Of a DNA stretch of 64,000 bases, positions 40,633-49,048 are shown one piece after another. The DNA lies in contig JAOPTW010000001.1 of NCBI GenBank assembly GCA_051532035.1, positions 21,128 through 85,127 on the forward strand, given 5' to 3'. The stretch's first letter is position 1; every line of letters begins with the position of its first letter. A model generated the notes under the pieces. It was not told the DNA's origin. It made no database searches and was given only the letters and a program-made list of their open reading frames with translations. The translations under genes and the position numbers were made by a program. The DNA is from Fibrobacterales bacterium. GTDB taxonomy: Bacteria > Fibrobacterota > Fibrobacteria > Fibrobacterales > JAOPTW01.

Positions 40633-41697
40633 ATGTGGCAGACAACGTTTACTCCTGGCTATAAACCAGACGGCACACCAATACTGAGTGTACTTGCTAA
40701 AGAGACCTATCGTTATACCAATGGGACCATGGCTGAAGTTGATACTGATGCCCCCATTGAACTCTATGAAGAGGATAGTTATTATGGTGAAGGGGACCCC
40801 ACAAAGGACCCTTTAAAACATGAATCGGACCTTGTAGCTTTTAAGCCATCGACTGATGTTATTTTTATTGGGAAGGCAGAGTGCCCGAATGGTAAAAAAG
40901 CACGTTTTTTTGATTTAACTGTGGCAGTTAACGAGCTTTTTAAGACGGTTCGGGTAATAGGTGACCGTACTGCAGTGGTAACACCTTCTGGCCTTACCTT
41001 TACTGAACCAGAACTTTTTGAGTCAATGCCTCTTCATTTTGGACTTGCATATGGGGGCTGTGATAGTGAATCAGACCCTGAATATGATTACGTATATGGC
41101 CCTAACCCCATAGGAAAGGGATATATTGTTAAAAACAACCCATTGGTTCTTAATGGGTTGGAACTGCCTAATCTGGAAGATCCACATCATTTACTGAGTC
41201 CTGATACTTTAGTGCTCAAAAACCACGAGCGATGGAAGAGTATGCCGGCACCATGTGCTTTGGGATATCGATCAAAGCATGGTATCGATCGAATGATACA
41301 TGCCCAAAAGGCTGTTGAGCCTGGGAGAGAAGGTGATGCTGATATAAAAGGATATGTACACCCTGCTTTTTATAATGGTGCCTCTATGGAGATGACGTTA
41401 CCACTATTACAAGGTGGCGAACGTATAACTATGATGTATATGGACCCAGAGCATCCTAAATTTCATTTTCAATTACCTACTGAACGACCTATGCTCTGGT
41501 TGAATACTGGCTCAGGTATTCGTGAAGCTGAAGCAACTCTTCAAACGGTTGAAGTGTATAAACCTACTAATCAGGTCACGGTTCTCTGGCGTGGTGAGTT
41601 TGTTTATCCAGGGCCAGAGGCCTTTAGTTCATTTACAGCCCTTGAATATGGAGCTTTTACTGCAACGAATCAAATGGTACCGGCTTCTACCGTATAG
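40633..41697 (+). CDS. DUF2169 family T6SS accessory/chaperone protein (copy 2)
   Basis: Paralog of 16911..17996: KHESDLVAFKP.TDV, LAYGG, NPIGKG, LELPNLEDP. Confidence 0.9.
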   Translation: MWQTTFTPGYKPDGTPILSVLAKETYRYTNGTMAEVDTDAPIELYEEDSYYGEGDPTKDPLKHESDLVAFKPSTDVIFIGKAECPNGKKARFFDLTVAVNELFKTVRVIGDRTAVVTPSGLTFTEPELFESMPLHFGLAYGGCDSESDPEYDYVYGPNPIGKGYIVKNNPLVLNGLELPNLEDPHHLLSPDTLVLKNHERWKSMPAPCALGYRSKHGIDRMIHAQKAVEPGREGDADIKGYVHPAFYNGASMEMTLPLLQGGERITMMYMDPEHPKFHFQLPTERPMLWLNTGSGIREAEATLQTVEVYKPTNQVTVLWRGEFVYPGPEAFSSFTALEYGAFTATNQMVPASTV

Positions 41698-41733
41698 CAA
41701 AAGCACAGTACAGTGTTATTGGGTTATGATGAA

Positions 41734-42204
41734 TTACTGTATTCCCATTTGAAGTAATACAACATTATCTGATGATTCTGGCCCGTCCCATTTTACATAC
41801 ACTTCACGAGAGATATCGGTAAGGGGAGTGCCGTCTTTCATTATACCCTGCATAAAAGGCGCCCACCCTTTAGACCCTAAATCTGCAAGAGTGCCCTTGT
41901 ATTCAGTCTCTAAGCAGATAAAAGGTTCTGTTGTTACTAATGTGTAGTTACCGGCATAGGTAGTCCCTGATGCAACTGGAAAGCAAATATTGAGGGTGAA
42001 TTCTTTATCAATATCCTCTGAACAGCCAATATATTCAAACAAAGCTGGGCCTGTAATGGCAATGCCTGCATCTTGAATATCTTGCATGAGCTGTTCGGGA
42101 AGGGTTCCAATTGCTGCAATTAATGTTTTTAATGTCGCTGTTGTTGTTGTCGTAATGAGTGTTAAGGATTCGGTTGTTTTTTTTGTTATTGTACTGTGTG
42201 ACAT
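41734..42204 (-). CDS. GyrI-like small-molecule-binding domain protein
   Basis: Start reassigned to ATG 42204 (AGGAGA RBS). GP..F.Y, ICFPV, Y.G...L...W, REVY. Confidence 0.8.
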   Translation of the reverse strand: MSHSTITKKTTESLTLITTTTTATLKTLIAAIGTLPEQLMQDIQDAGIAITGPALFEYIGCSEDIDKEFTLNICFPVASGTTYAGNYTLVTTEPFICLETEYKGTLADLGSKGWAPFMQGIMKDGTPLTDISREVYVKWDGPESSDNVVLLQMGIQ

Positions 42205-42264
42205 TGTTGTCTCCTGGTAAGTGTTTTGATAATGATACACAGCAGCGCTGTTGTATCTTGTACA

Positions 42265-42297
42265 AGTATACTAAGGCAGTATGACAACCCTATGTCA
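42265..42297 (-). promoter_or_regulatory. WYL-activator (PafBC/YafY-type) promoter and operator for the GyrI-like gene
   Basis: Minus strand reads TGACA-N6-TGTCA palindrome, with TGTCAT-N10-TATACT. Confidence 0.65.
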
Positions 42298-42331
42298 GTA
42301 GGGATTCATTAGGTACTATTAAATGGAGTGA

Positions 42332-43294
42332 TTAGGAGTGTGTGTGTTGGAAGGCATAGTGTTTATATGCTTGATCGAGATGAGTGTGAATATGGTCGAT
42401 GAGAGCCGGTGGTGATACATTAGATATTGCTGTAGTAAAACTCATTATCCATCGTGCAAAATGGGCAAGCTCAGGAGTGTAAAAGGTGAGTTTCCACTGC
42501 GACCCCTCAATTACTTGTGAATGAAAGCCAAAAAATTGTTTACTTGAATCTAAGATTCCCAAATTGTTAGAATGTATTTGTAGGGTTACCTTAATTAAAG
42601 GACTCTGAGTTTTTTGTTGCTCAATATATTGAGAGAGAGTGAGTCGGTTATGCGGCTTGAAAGAATTCTTTCCCAAATTAATCTGTTGAATTCTGTCACT
42701 ACGGAAATCACGGTAATTATTTCTGAGCTGACAATAGCCGATAAGGTGCCAGTAATCCATATAGTGTATGAGGCCTATTGGCTCAATAATGCGTTCAGTT
42801 GTTTCACCTTTTTTTGAGGCATAGAGAATGGTAAGGTTTTTTGAATGGGCTATAGCTTGTTGTATCTTATTTATCGTTTGAGGAGCGCGCTGTTTTTCAA
42901 ATGGTTTTCTATGATGAATGGTGATGGTTGATTGTAACTGTTCAATAAAATCCTTTTCTGAATGGGGGAGTACCGCTTGTATCTTCATCATTGCGGAGAG
43001 ATAATTTTCAGAAGTTGCAGAATCGGTCATTGTTTCAACAAATTTTTTACCAATAAGGAGTGAGCCGGCTTCGTCCTGGGTAAATTGAACTGGGGGGAGG
43101 CGGTATCCTTCAAGTAAAAAGTATCCAAGGCCTGCCTCAGCACCAATTGGAACTCCTGCTTCTTCTAGTGCTCGAATATCGCGATATACGGTACGTACAC
43201 TAATATCAAAGCGTTCAGCAATTTCTTTGGCTGTGACAATCCGCTTGGACTGGAGTTGTATGAGTATTGCAGTGAGTCTGTCGATTCTATTCAT
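42332..43294 (-). CDS. YafY-family HTH-WYL transcriptional regulator
   Basis: MNRIDRL, ISVRTVYRDI..L...GVPI, R.IEP.GL, WHLIGYC..R..YRDFR.DRI. Confidence 0.93.
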   Translation of the reverse strand: MNRIDRLTAILIQLQSKRIVTAKEIAERFDISVRTVYRDIRALEEAGVPIGAEAGLGYFLLEGYRLPPVQFTQDEAGSLLIGKKFVETMTDSATSENYLSAMMKIQAVLPHSEKDFIEQLQSTITIHHRKPFEKQRAPQTINKIQQAIAHSKNLTILYASKKGETTERIIEPIGLIHYMDYWHLIGYCQLRNNYRDFRSDRIQQINLGKNSFKPHNRLTLSQYIEQQKTQSPLIKVTLQIHSNNLGILDSSKQFFGFHSQVIEGSQWKLTFYTPELAHFARWIMSFTTAISNVSPPALIDHIHTHLDQAYKHYAFQHTHS

Positions 43295-43453
43295 ATTCTA
43301 AGTATAGAAAGGGAGGACTAAATAACAATAGGAGAGATAGAATAGGGGTTGCAATCTTGTAATTTATGAATAGTCTCCTTTTTTTTTCGCTCTCGATATT
43401 GATGAGCATTGTAGATTTATTGGGTAGAATAAACTGTTATATATGGAGTAACC

Positions 43454-43765
43454 ATGAGGAAAATGCCACTATTTATTGTAATACTTATTGCTTTGTTGGG
43501 GAGTGCATCGATTGCACTTGCTTGCGGAAGTTGTGATAAGCCTGAATGCAAAAAAAGTGAAAAAATTGAGTGTTCAAAAAAGGATCATTCAAAGTGCGAC
43601 AAAGTGAAGTGCGACAAAGTAAAATGTGATAAAACACCCGAAGAGTGTGCAAAAGCAAAGAAAGAGTGTACCAAAAAAGAGTGCCCTAAAAGCGCAATGA
43701 AAGATGATGAAAAACCAAAATGTCATCGTGGTGCTACACAAGAAAAATCTGAAGGGGTTCTTTAA
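43454..43765 (+). CDS. Secreted Cys/Lys-rich small protein (11 Cys)
   Basis: GGAG RBS, signal peptide ending ALA, repeated (E/K)C(D/K/S/T/A/P)K units. Confidence 0.75.
   Translation: MRKMPLFIVILIALLGSASIALACGSCDKPECKKSEKIECSKKDHSKCDKVKCDKVKCDKTPEECAKAKKECTKKECPKSAMKDDEKPKCHRGATQEKSEGVL
43592..43633 (+). repeat. 15-bp coding tandem repeat (KCDKV x2 + KCDK)
   Basis: aagtgcgacaaagtg / aagtgcgacaaagta / aaatgtgataaa. Confidence 0.85.
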
Positions 43766-43800
43766 AATTCTTCTAAATTTCGTTCTTGTTAAAGTGTATT

Positions 43801-43830
43801 AAACAGTAAGGTTTCCTTACTGTTTTTTTT
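43801..43830 (+). terminator. Rho-independent terminator
   Basis: aaacagtaagg-ttt-ccttactgttt followed by a T tract. Confidence 0.85.
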
Positions 43831-43948
43831 GTAAAAAATTAATGTGCATACAAACTTGTAAAACAAAAAAAGAACCGTAAGTAATTGTAAGTATTGGAGT
43901 TTTCGAGTGACGAATGCATAGAGAATAACTCACCTAATAGGAATAATA

Positions 43949-44458
43949 ATGAAAAATGAACTCGTAAAACTCGCAATCGCTGGCATGCTCGCTGGAGGAA
44001 TATCAGCTTGTTCAGAAGACTTGCAAACATCAACAAACGTCCCGTCGGCTGCCCATGAAGCTTTTAAAGTAGATTGTGAAGAAAAGGGTGGAACCTATCA
44101 ATTTAATGAAAACTGTGCAGCAAACCATGAATGTGCCGGTCTTGCTATCAGTAAAGATGGTATTGTTGACAGTGAGTGTGCAGGTAAAACAGGCTGTGAT
44201 GGTTCGGCGGTATGTAATGGAGTAGATCAACCATCGAGTGCTGCAACAACAGCACCAATGAGTTCAGCTGCCGCAGCTATGACCCTTGCGAAATTTAAAA
44301 CCGATTGTACTGACGTTGGTGTTGTGTCTGAGCATATATGTGCCGGGCATAATGACTGTAAGGGTCAATCATTTAATGAGGACACTGGAGCAGTGTCAAC
44401 TCATGATTGTAAAGGTATGGCTTCGTGTAAAGGGGCAACGTGTGTTGTTGAAAGTTAA
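43949..44458 (+). CDS. Cys-rich lipoprotein, putative MNIO-modified RiPP/metallophore precursor (bufferin-like)
   Basis: Lipobox GISA-C, two 6-Cys modules including CAGHNDCKGQS and CKGMASCKG, 3 bp upstream of DUF692. Confidence 0.75.
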   Translation: MKNELVKLAIAGMLAGGISACSEDLQTSTNVPSAAHEAFKVDCEEKGGTYQFNENCAANHECAGLAISKDGIVDSECAGKTGCDGSAVCNGVDQPSSAATTAPMSSAAAAMTLAKFKTDCTDVGVVSEHICAGHNDCKGQSFNEDTGAVSTHDCKGMASCKGATCVVES

Positions 44459-44461
44459 GAG

Positions 44462-45304
44462 ATGAACTCTATGACAAATCCTTTTAAGAATATGGGAGTA
44501 GGAGTGGGGTTGCGTATACCGCACTACTCCTATATTTTTGAGCATAATCCTCACGTGGATTTTTTCGAAATTATTTCGGAAAACTTCATGGTTGATGGTG
44601 GATTACCCATTCGCAATCTCGAGCGAATACTTGAACGATATCGAGTGGTACAGCATGGGGTCTCAATGAATTTGGGTTCTATTGATCCACTCAATTTTGA
44701 CTATCTCGCAGACTTAAAAAAACTCGCAGATAAAACAGGTACCCCGTATGTGACCGATCACCTCTGCTGGAGTGGTGCTGGTGGCGCTCATCATCATGAC
44801 TTATTGCCAATGCCTTATACTGAAGAAAATGCAAGGTATATAGCTGAGAGGGCCCGAATTGTACAAGATTATTTAGGGCGTCCTTTAGGCCTAGAAAATT
44901 TGTCGAGTTATATGTCATTTAAGAACTCAACAATGACAGAGTGGGATTTCTATAACCGTGTCGTTGAACTTTCGGGCTGTTACTATATGCTCGATATAAA
45001 TAATGTCTATGTGTCGGCAACGAATCAGAAATTTGATCCTAAAGAGTACATTGCTTCGATCGATTTTAATAAAGTAACTCAGGTTCATATAGCTGGCCAT
45101 ACAGTAAACCCCGATGGGACAATTTTGGATACTCATGATATGCCTGTTTGCGATGCTGTGTGGGAACTCTATCGAATGAGCTGGGAACAATCAGAAAATG
45201 GTTTTTCAACGCTTTTGGAATGGGATGGAAATTTTATACCTTTTCCTGAAACCGTTGCTGAAGCAGAAAAAGCAAAAGGGTATCAGGGGGTCTCAGTTGG
45301 TTAA
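44462..45304 (+). CDS. DUF692 family multinuclear non-heme iron oxidative enzyme (MNIO)
   Basis: GVGLR.PHY, FFE.ISENFM, HGVSM, DHLCW, HDLLP.PY, ENLSSY, LDINN.YV, HIAGH, DTHD, LLEWD. Confidence 0.95.
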   Translation: MNSMTNPFKNMGVGVGLRIPHYSYIFEHNPHVDFFEIISENFMVDGGLPIRNLERILERYRVVQHGVSMNLGSIDPLNFDYLADLKKLADKTGTPYVTDHLCWSGAGGAHHHDLLPMPYTEENARYIAERARIVQDYLGRPLGLENLSSYMSFKNSTMTEWDFYNRVVELSGCYYMLDINNVYVSATNQKFDPKEYIASIDFNKVTQVHIAGHTVNPDGTILDTHDMPVCDAVWELYRMSWEQSENGFSTLLEWDGNFIPFPETVAEAEKAKGYQGVSVG

Positions 45305-46145
45305 AGAACCAAATCCCCCAAAGAACCTTACTGATTTTCAACGGGATTTTAGTAAGAGCCTTACCACCCCCTATGATTTTTCAACGGGACGAGTTGAGCA
45401 TCAGCATTCTTTATATAAACCTTGTCTATTATCCCTTATTGAGACTCAAGGTGAACGAACCGCGGCAGAACATTTTGATGTATATAATCAACAGTATTGG
45501 TTCAGGTTATTTACTGCAATGCAGAGTGATTTTCCTTTACTGAGACACACACTTTCTGCATGGGGGTTGAATCAGTTGGTTACCGTATATTTAACGAAAT
45601 ACCCTTCTGAACACCCCTCTTTAAACCAACTCACTGATCATTTTTTAGAATTTATGAGTGAGGATCATTGCTGGAATACCCCACTAAATAGAGAGATAAT
45701 AGCTATTGAGTCTGCATTTGTAACTGCTTTTTCGGCATTACAGGAGCCAGGGTTAATTCCTTTGAGTGAAGAAGAGCTGAGTTTGGTTGGAGGGGAACGA
45801 CTATTATTTCAAAAACCCTTCACACTCCTTCATGAGTCATGGGATATTCTAGAGAATCGAGCATTGGTATTTAAGGATTCTGAAGATACTATTACTCCTC
45901 ATTTTAAAAAAGTGAATGGGTGGTGGGCTCTCTATCAATATAATGATGTGCTCGATGTGATAAAACTGTCTGAAATAGAGTATGCTCTTCTACACCTTTT
46001 ATACAAAGGTACTTCCTTAGAAAAAGCCTTAGCGGTTATTTTTGAATCATTAGAACCTCACGAGCAAAAACACTTACTAACTATGATTCCAATATGGTTT
46101 AAACGGTGGGTTTTCTGTGGACTCATTATTGGTCACTGTTCCTAA
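45297..46145 (+). CDS. DUF2063 family MNIO partner protein (HvfC/BufC-like)
   Basis: Probable TTG start at 45297 after AGGGGG, overlapping the DUF692 stop. VYNQQYWFRL...M..DFP.L, YL..YPS....L. Confidence 0.85.
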   Translation: MVKEPNPPKNLTDFQRDFSKSLTTPYDFSTGRVEHQHSLYKPCLLSLIETQGERTAAEHFDVYNQQYWFRLFTAMQSDFPLLRHTLSAWGLNQLVTVYLTKYPSEHPSLNQLTDHFLEFMSEDHCWNTPLNREIIAIESAFVTAFSALQEPGLIPLSEEELSLVGGERLLFQKPFTLLHESWDILENRALVFKDSEDTITPHFKKVNGWWALYQYNDVLDVIKLSEIEYALLHLLYKGTSLEKALAVIFESLEPHEQKHLLTMIPIWFKRWVFCGLIIGHCS

Positions 46146-46277
46146 ATTATAATCATTGATACTGGTAGTAAAAGTGTAGAGAATTTCTTTGTATTGTTAT
46201 ATGCTTTGGGGGAATGTATTATCAATAAATACTTATAATCGGTGCGTAAGGGACCCTAATAATGGTATTATAAAGAG

Positions 46278-47369
46278 ATGAAAAGTAAACCACAATTACT
46301 CCATCAAATGCTGATAATTATGTCGGTCTCAATTTTGGTTATAGTATTGATGCTATGGAATTCGGCATTGACAATGAGAGAACAGGCAATTGGGTCGGTC
46401 AAGAACGCAGTAGTACTTGCTGCTCAATCTATTTCATCGGAATTCCAAAGTACTGTTGCTCAAGTTGAACTCTATTCACAATTACACATGTTAAAAGAGA
46501 TGGAGCCAAAGGCATTTTTACCCTTCTTGAAAAGAGAGCTTAACCGACAAAAAGGACGCTATGAAAAATTTATTGTGGGTACGATTGATGGCCACTTCTA
46601 TAATACCGCTGGGGGCAATCCCTCTGTAGGTTACCTTCGTACCTTTGATGATACAGCTCATGATGCACAGCCTAAGTCTATCGCAGGAAGAGACTATTGG
46701 AAATATACTGTAGGTGATAACGATTTTCATGTGACAAAGTCCATCATCTCAGAACCAATGATATCCTATACTACCGCTGCAAAACAGATTGTGATAGCTA
46801 GCTCAATAATTGAGGAACGTGGAATTGTGAGCGGAATGGTAGGGGTGAGTATCACTTGGCAACGAATTGAACAACTCTTCAAAAAACTATCAGGCTCTTA
46901 TTTTAGTCAATATAGCTGGGAACCAAAAATTGCAATAGTTTCTCGTAATGGCTCCTACTGGTATCATTGGGATAAAAATAAAACACTTAAGTTAAAACGA
47001 GATACAGCGGGAGCTCTCGTCTACGATGAGCATGGTCAAGTAATTACCGAATCGTTTTCACTCTATCAAGAAAAAAATCCGCGGATCAGAGATGAGCATA
47101 AGAGCATATTGTTTGACCGTAGCATCGGATATATTGAACTGAATGAGTCGTATGGTGAAGGAGAAAGAGTTGTTTTTTATGCACCAATTCAAGAAACGGG
47201 TTATACCCTGATGCTTGAAGTAGATAGTGAATTACTGCTCGAAGAGATTGACTATATTCAAGCTCTCTACATTCTTATCGTAATCCTCTGTTTGAGTACC
47301 ATTATTGCAATCGTGATGAATGTGATTGCCGTAATGAAAAGAAAAGAGAGACCTGTGGTACAAAAATAG
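46278..47369 (+). CDS. Membrane protein with periplasmic dCache-like sensor domain and no cytoplasmic output
   Basis: TM - SIAGRDYWK..ISEPMIS..T..KQIV.A....G.VG - VFYAPI.ETGY.L - TM, then a ~10-aa tail. Confidence 0.7.
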   Translation: MKSKPQLLHQMLIIMSVSILVIVLMLWNSALTMREQAIGSVKNAVVLAAQSISSEFQSTVAQVELYSQLHMLKEMEPKAFLPFLKRELNRQKGRYEKFIVGTIDGHFYNTAGGNPSVGYLRTFDDTAHDAQPKSIAGRDYWKYTVGDNDFHVTKSIISEPMISYTTAAKQIVIASSIIEERGIVSGMVGVSITWQRIEQLFKKLSGSYFSQYSWEPKIAIVSRNGSYWYHWDKNKTLKLKRDTAGALVYDEHGQVITESFSLYQEKNPRIRDEHKSILFDRSIGYIELNESYGEGERVVFYAPIQETGYTLMLEVDSELLLEEIDYIQALYILIVILCLSTIIAIVMNVIAVMKRKERPVVQK

Positions 47370-47382
47370 TAATGTTGTAGAG

Positions 47383-48228
47383 CTATTCCGCTTTTGAGAG
47401 TTGCTGTATTTGCTCGCTAGGATCTAAATTAGCTACTTTTTGAATGACATCTCTTATAATCATACTCGCGAGAACATTCCCATATATTATTGTCATATGA
47501 GCAACCGAGCCATTAATTTCTGCTTTCGTGTGACACCAGTCGTGAGCTTCAAAGGTTTCATCAGGGGCATCTTTAACGGTACTAGAACAGAAACAGTGAT
47601 GTGTGCCGTCTTGTGAAGAGGTGTGGGTAATCTCTAAAGGGAATTCATCACTAAAGACACATTGGAAATCACCGGTAAATCCCCGTTGTCTGAGGCGCTT
47701 TCGCAACATTTTACTTAGACCACAATGGCGAGTCTTCCAGATTGAGTCTTGTTTAATCTGGAGCGGGTCCATTTTATTACCTGCACCCATGGCAGAAAAT
47801 AGAGTGGTATTACTACTGCAGGCATGCTCAATAAGTGATACTTTAGGGCTTAAGCTGTCAATGGCATCAATAACGTAATCATAGCGTGATAAATTGAATG
47901 AATTACGGGTCGTATCGTCATATTTTCCGTGAATAGTCTCAATAGTTGCTCGTGGATTTATTGTAAGAAGGCGATCTCTGAGCTCCATAACTTTAGAACG
48001 GCCAATGTTTTTTGACGTAGCTTGAAGTTGTCTGTTTATGTTGGTTATGCAGACAACATCGGAGTCTACAATTGTCAGGTGATGTATGCCAGAGCGTACG
48101 AGTGTTTCCGCACACCAACTTCCAACACCACCAACACCAAAAATGATGACATCAGTGGTATTGAGTGCTTGAATAGCAGTGCTCCCTGTAATGAGCTCTA
48201 ATCTTTGAAAAATAGGGTGAACTTTCAT
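47383..48228 (-). CDS. tcdA: ThiF/E1-like tRNA threonylcarbamoyladenosine dehydratase (TcdA/CsdL family)
   Basis: GVGGVGSW..E.L.RSG, TNINRQ, DAIDS, SAMGAG.K.DP. Start taken at ATG 48228. Confidence 0.8.
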   Translation of the reverse strand: MKVHPIFQRLELITGSTAIQALNTTDVIIFGVGGVGSWCAETLVRSGIHHLTIVDSDVVCITNINRQLQATSKNIGRSKVMELRDRLLTINPRATIETIHGKYDDTTRNSFNLSRYDYVIDAIDSLSPKVSLIEHACSSNTTLFSAMGAGNKMDPLQIKQDSIWKTRHCGLSKMLRKRLRQRGFTGDFQCVFSDEFPLEITHTSSQDGTHHCFCSSTVKDAPDETFEAHDWCHTKAEINGSVAHMTIIYGNVLASMIIRDVIQKVANLDPSEQIQQLSKAE

Positions 48229-48331
48229 AAGGGGCAAATATAGGAAAAGTGAGCAGGCCCTTCATGGAGAAATGAACGGAAAGAGTTGACTTTTCTAAAA
48301 AAATCAACTCTGGATAAGGGGTGGCTCTAGC

Positions 48332-48823
48332 TTAGAACTCTTCTCTTGGATTTGTACTTTCTGCGTCTACATCCCAATGATCAGGTGCGCCTACAAAATC
48401 TCCAATATCTTCTAAAAGTCTACTATGCTTTTTCTCTTCATCAGCAAGGGCAGAAAAGAGCATCTTTAAATCTGAATCTTCAGTCTCTTCTGCTTGTTTT
48501 GTATAGAAATCAGCAGCTTCATCCTCTACTTTCGCAGCATTGTAATAGAGCTCTTTCTGTTTTTTATTGAGACCAAAGAGTTCATCACTTTTTTTGATTG
48601 TTTCAAAAACATTTTGAGCTTCATCAGCAAGGGAATCTTTTGGTTTTGACGGCACTGAAACTTTATTCTGTAGCTCTTTAATAATACGATAATGCTCAAT
48701 CTCTTCGTCGGCAAGCATAGTAAATATTTTTTTAAAACCGGGAGTGGTACTTTTCTCAGCTAAATCACGATAAAAGAGTTCACCATCTTTCTCCATTTTA
48801 AGAGCAAATTCGAAGATATCCAT
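48332..48823 (-). CDS. Rubrerythrin/ferritin-like diiron protein
   Basis: A..ME..G..FY, LADEE.EH and LADEE.KH duplicated motifs. Confidence 0.88.
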   Translation of the reverse strand: MDIFEFALKMEKDGELFYRDLAEKSTTPGFKKIFTMLADEEIEHYRIIKELQNKVSVPSKPKDSLADEAQNVFETIKKSDELFGLNKKQKELYYNAAKVEDEAADFYTKQAEETEDSDLKMLFSALADEEKKHSRLLEDIGDFVGAPDHWDVDAESTNPREEF

Positions 48824-48985
48824 TAGGTTTCCTTGTATTAGGTAGGGTAGTGTTTTGAAAATGCTAGAAATTTTTAAGATGTTTTGACGAATAACCGTTG
48901 CCTTTTGAGGATTCTTACCAGGTTTAAAATTCTTTTAAGTCTACAATGTTGTACTATCGGTCCAAAATGAATCAAACACATTTTT

Positions 48986-49019
48986 TTGTTTAGACAAAGG
49001 TTGTTTAAACAACTATAAT
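48986..49019 (+). promoter_or_regulatory. Sigma70 promoter with overlapping palindromic operators (likely MarR sites)
   Basis: TAGACA(48991)-N17-TATAAT(49014). Perfect palindrome GTTGTTTAAACAAC in the spacer and a near copy TTGTTTAGACAA over the -35. Confidence 0.75.
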
Positions 49020-49048
49020 ATATGGAAGCCTTTAACTATGGATTACAA

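Noticed and set aside
43877..43915. GTAAGT...CGAA upstream of the MNIO precursor as an ECF (SigF-like) promoter
   Set aside because: Spacing is 18 nt, longer than the ~16 I recall for that class, and there is no ECF sigma in the window. Too weak to call.
45198..45296. N-terminal 33 codons of the ORF-track call for DUF2063
   Set aside because: They overlap DUF692 by over 100 bp. TTG at 45297 with an AGGGGG RBS is the more plausible start.
47383..48228. ThiF protein as a RiPP maturase for the MNIO cluster
   Set aside because: It is on the opposite strand, separated by another gene, and its motifs match the housekeeping TcdA tRNA-modifying family.
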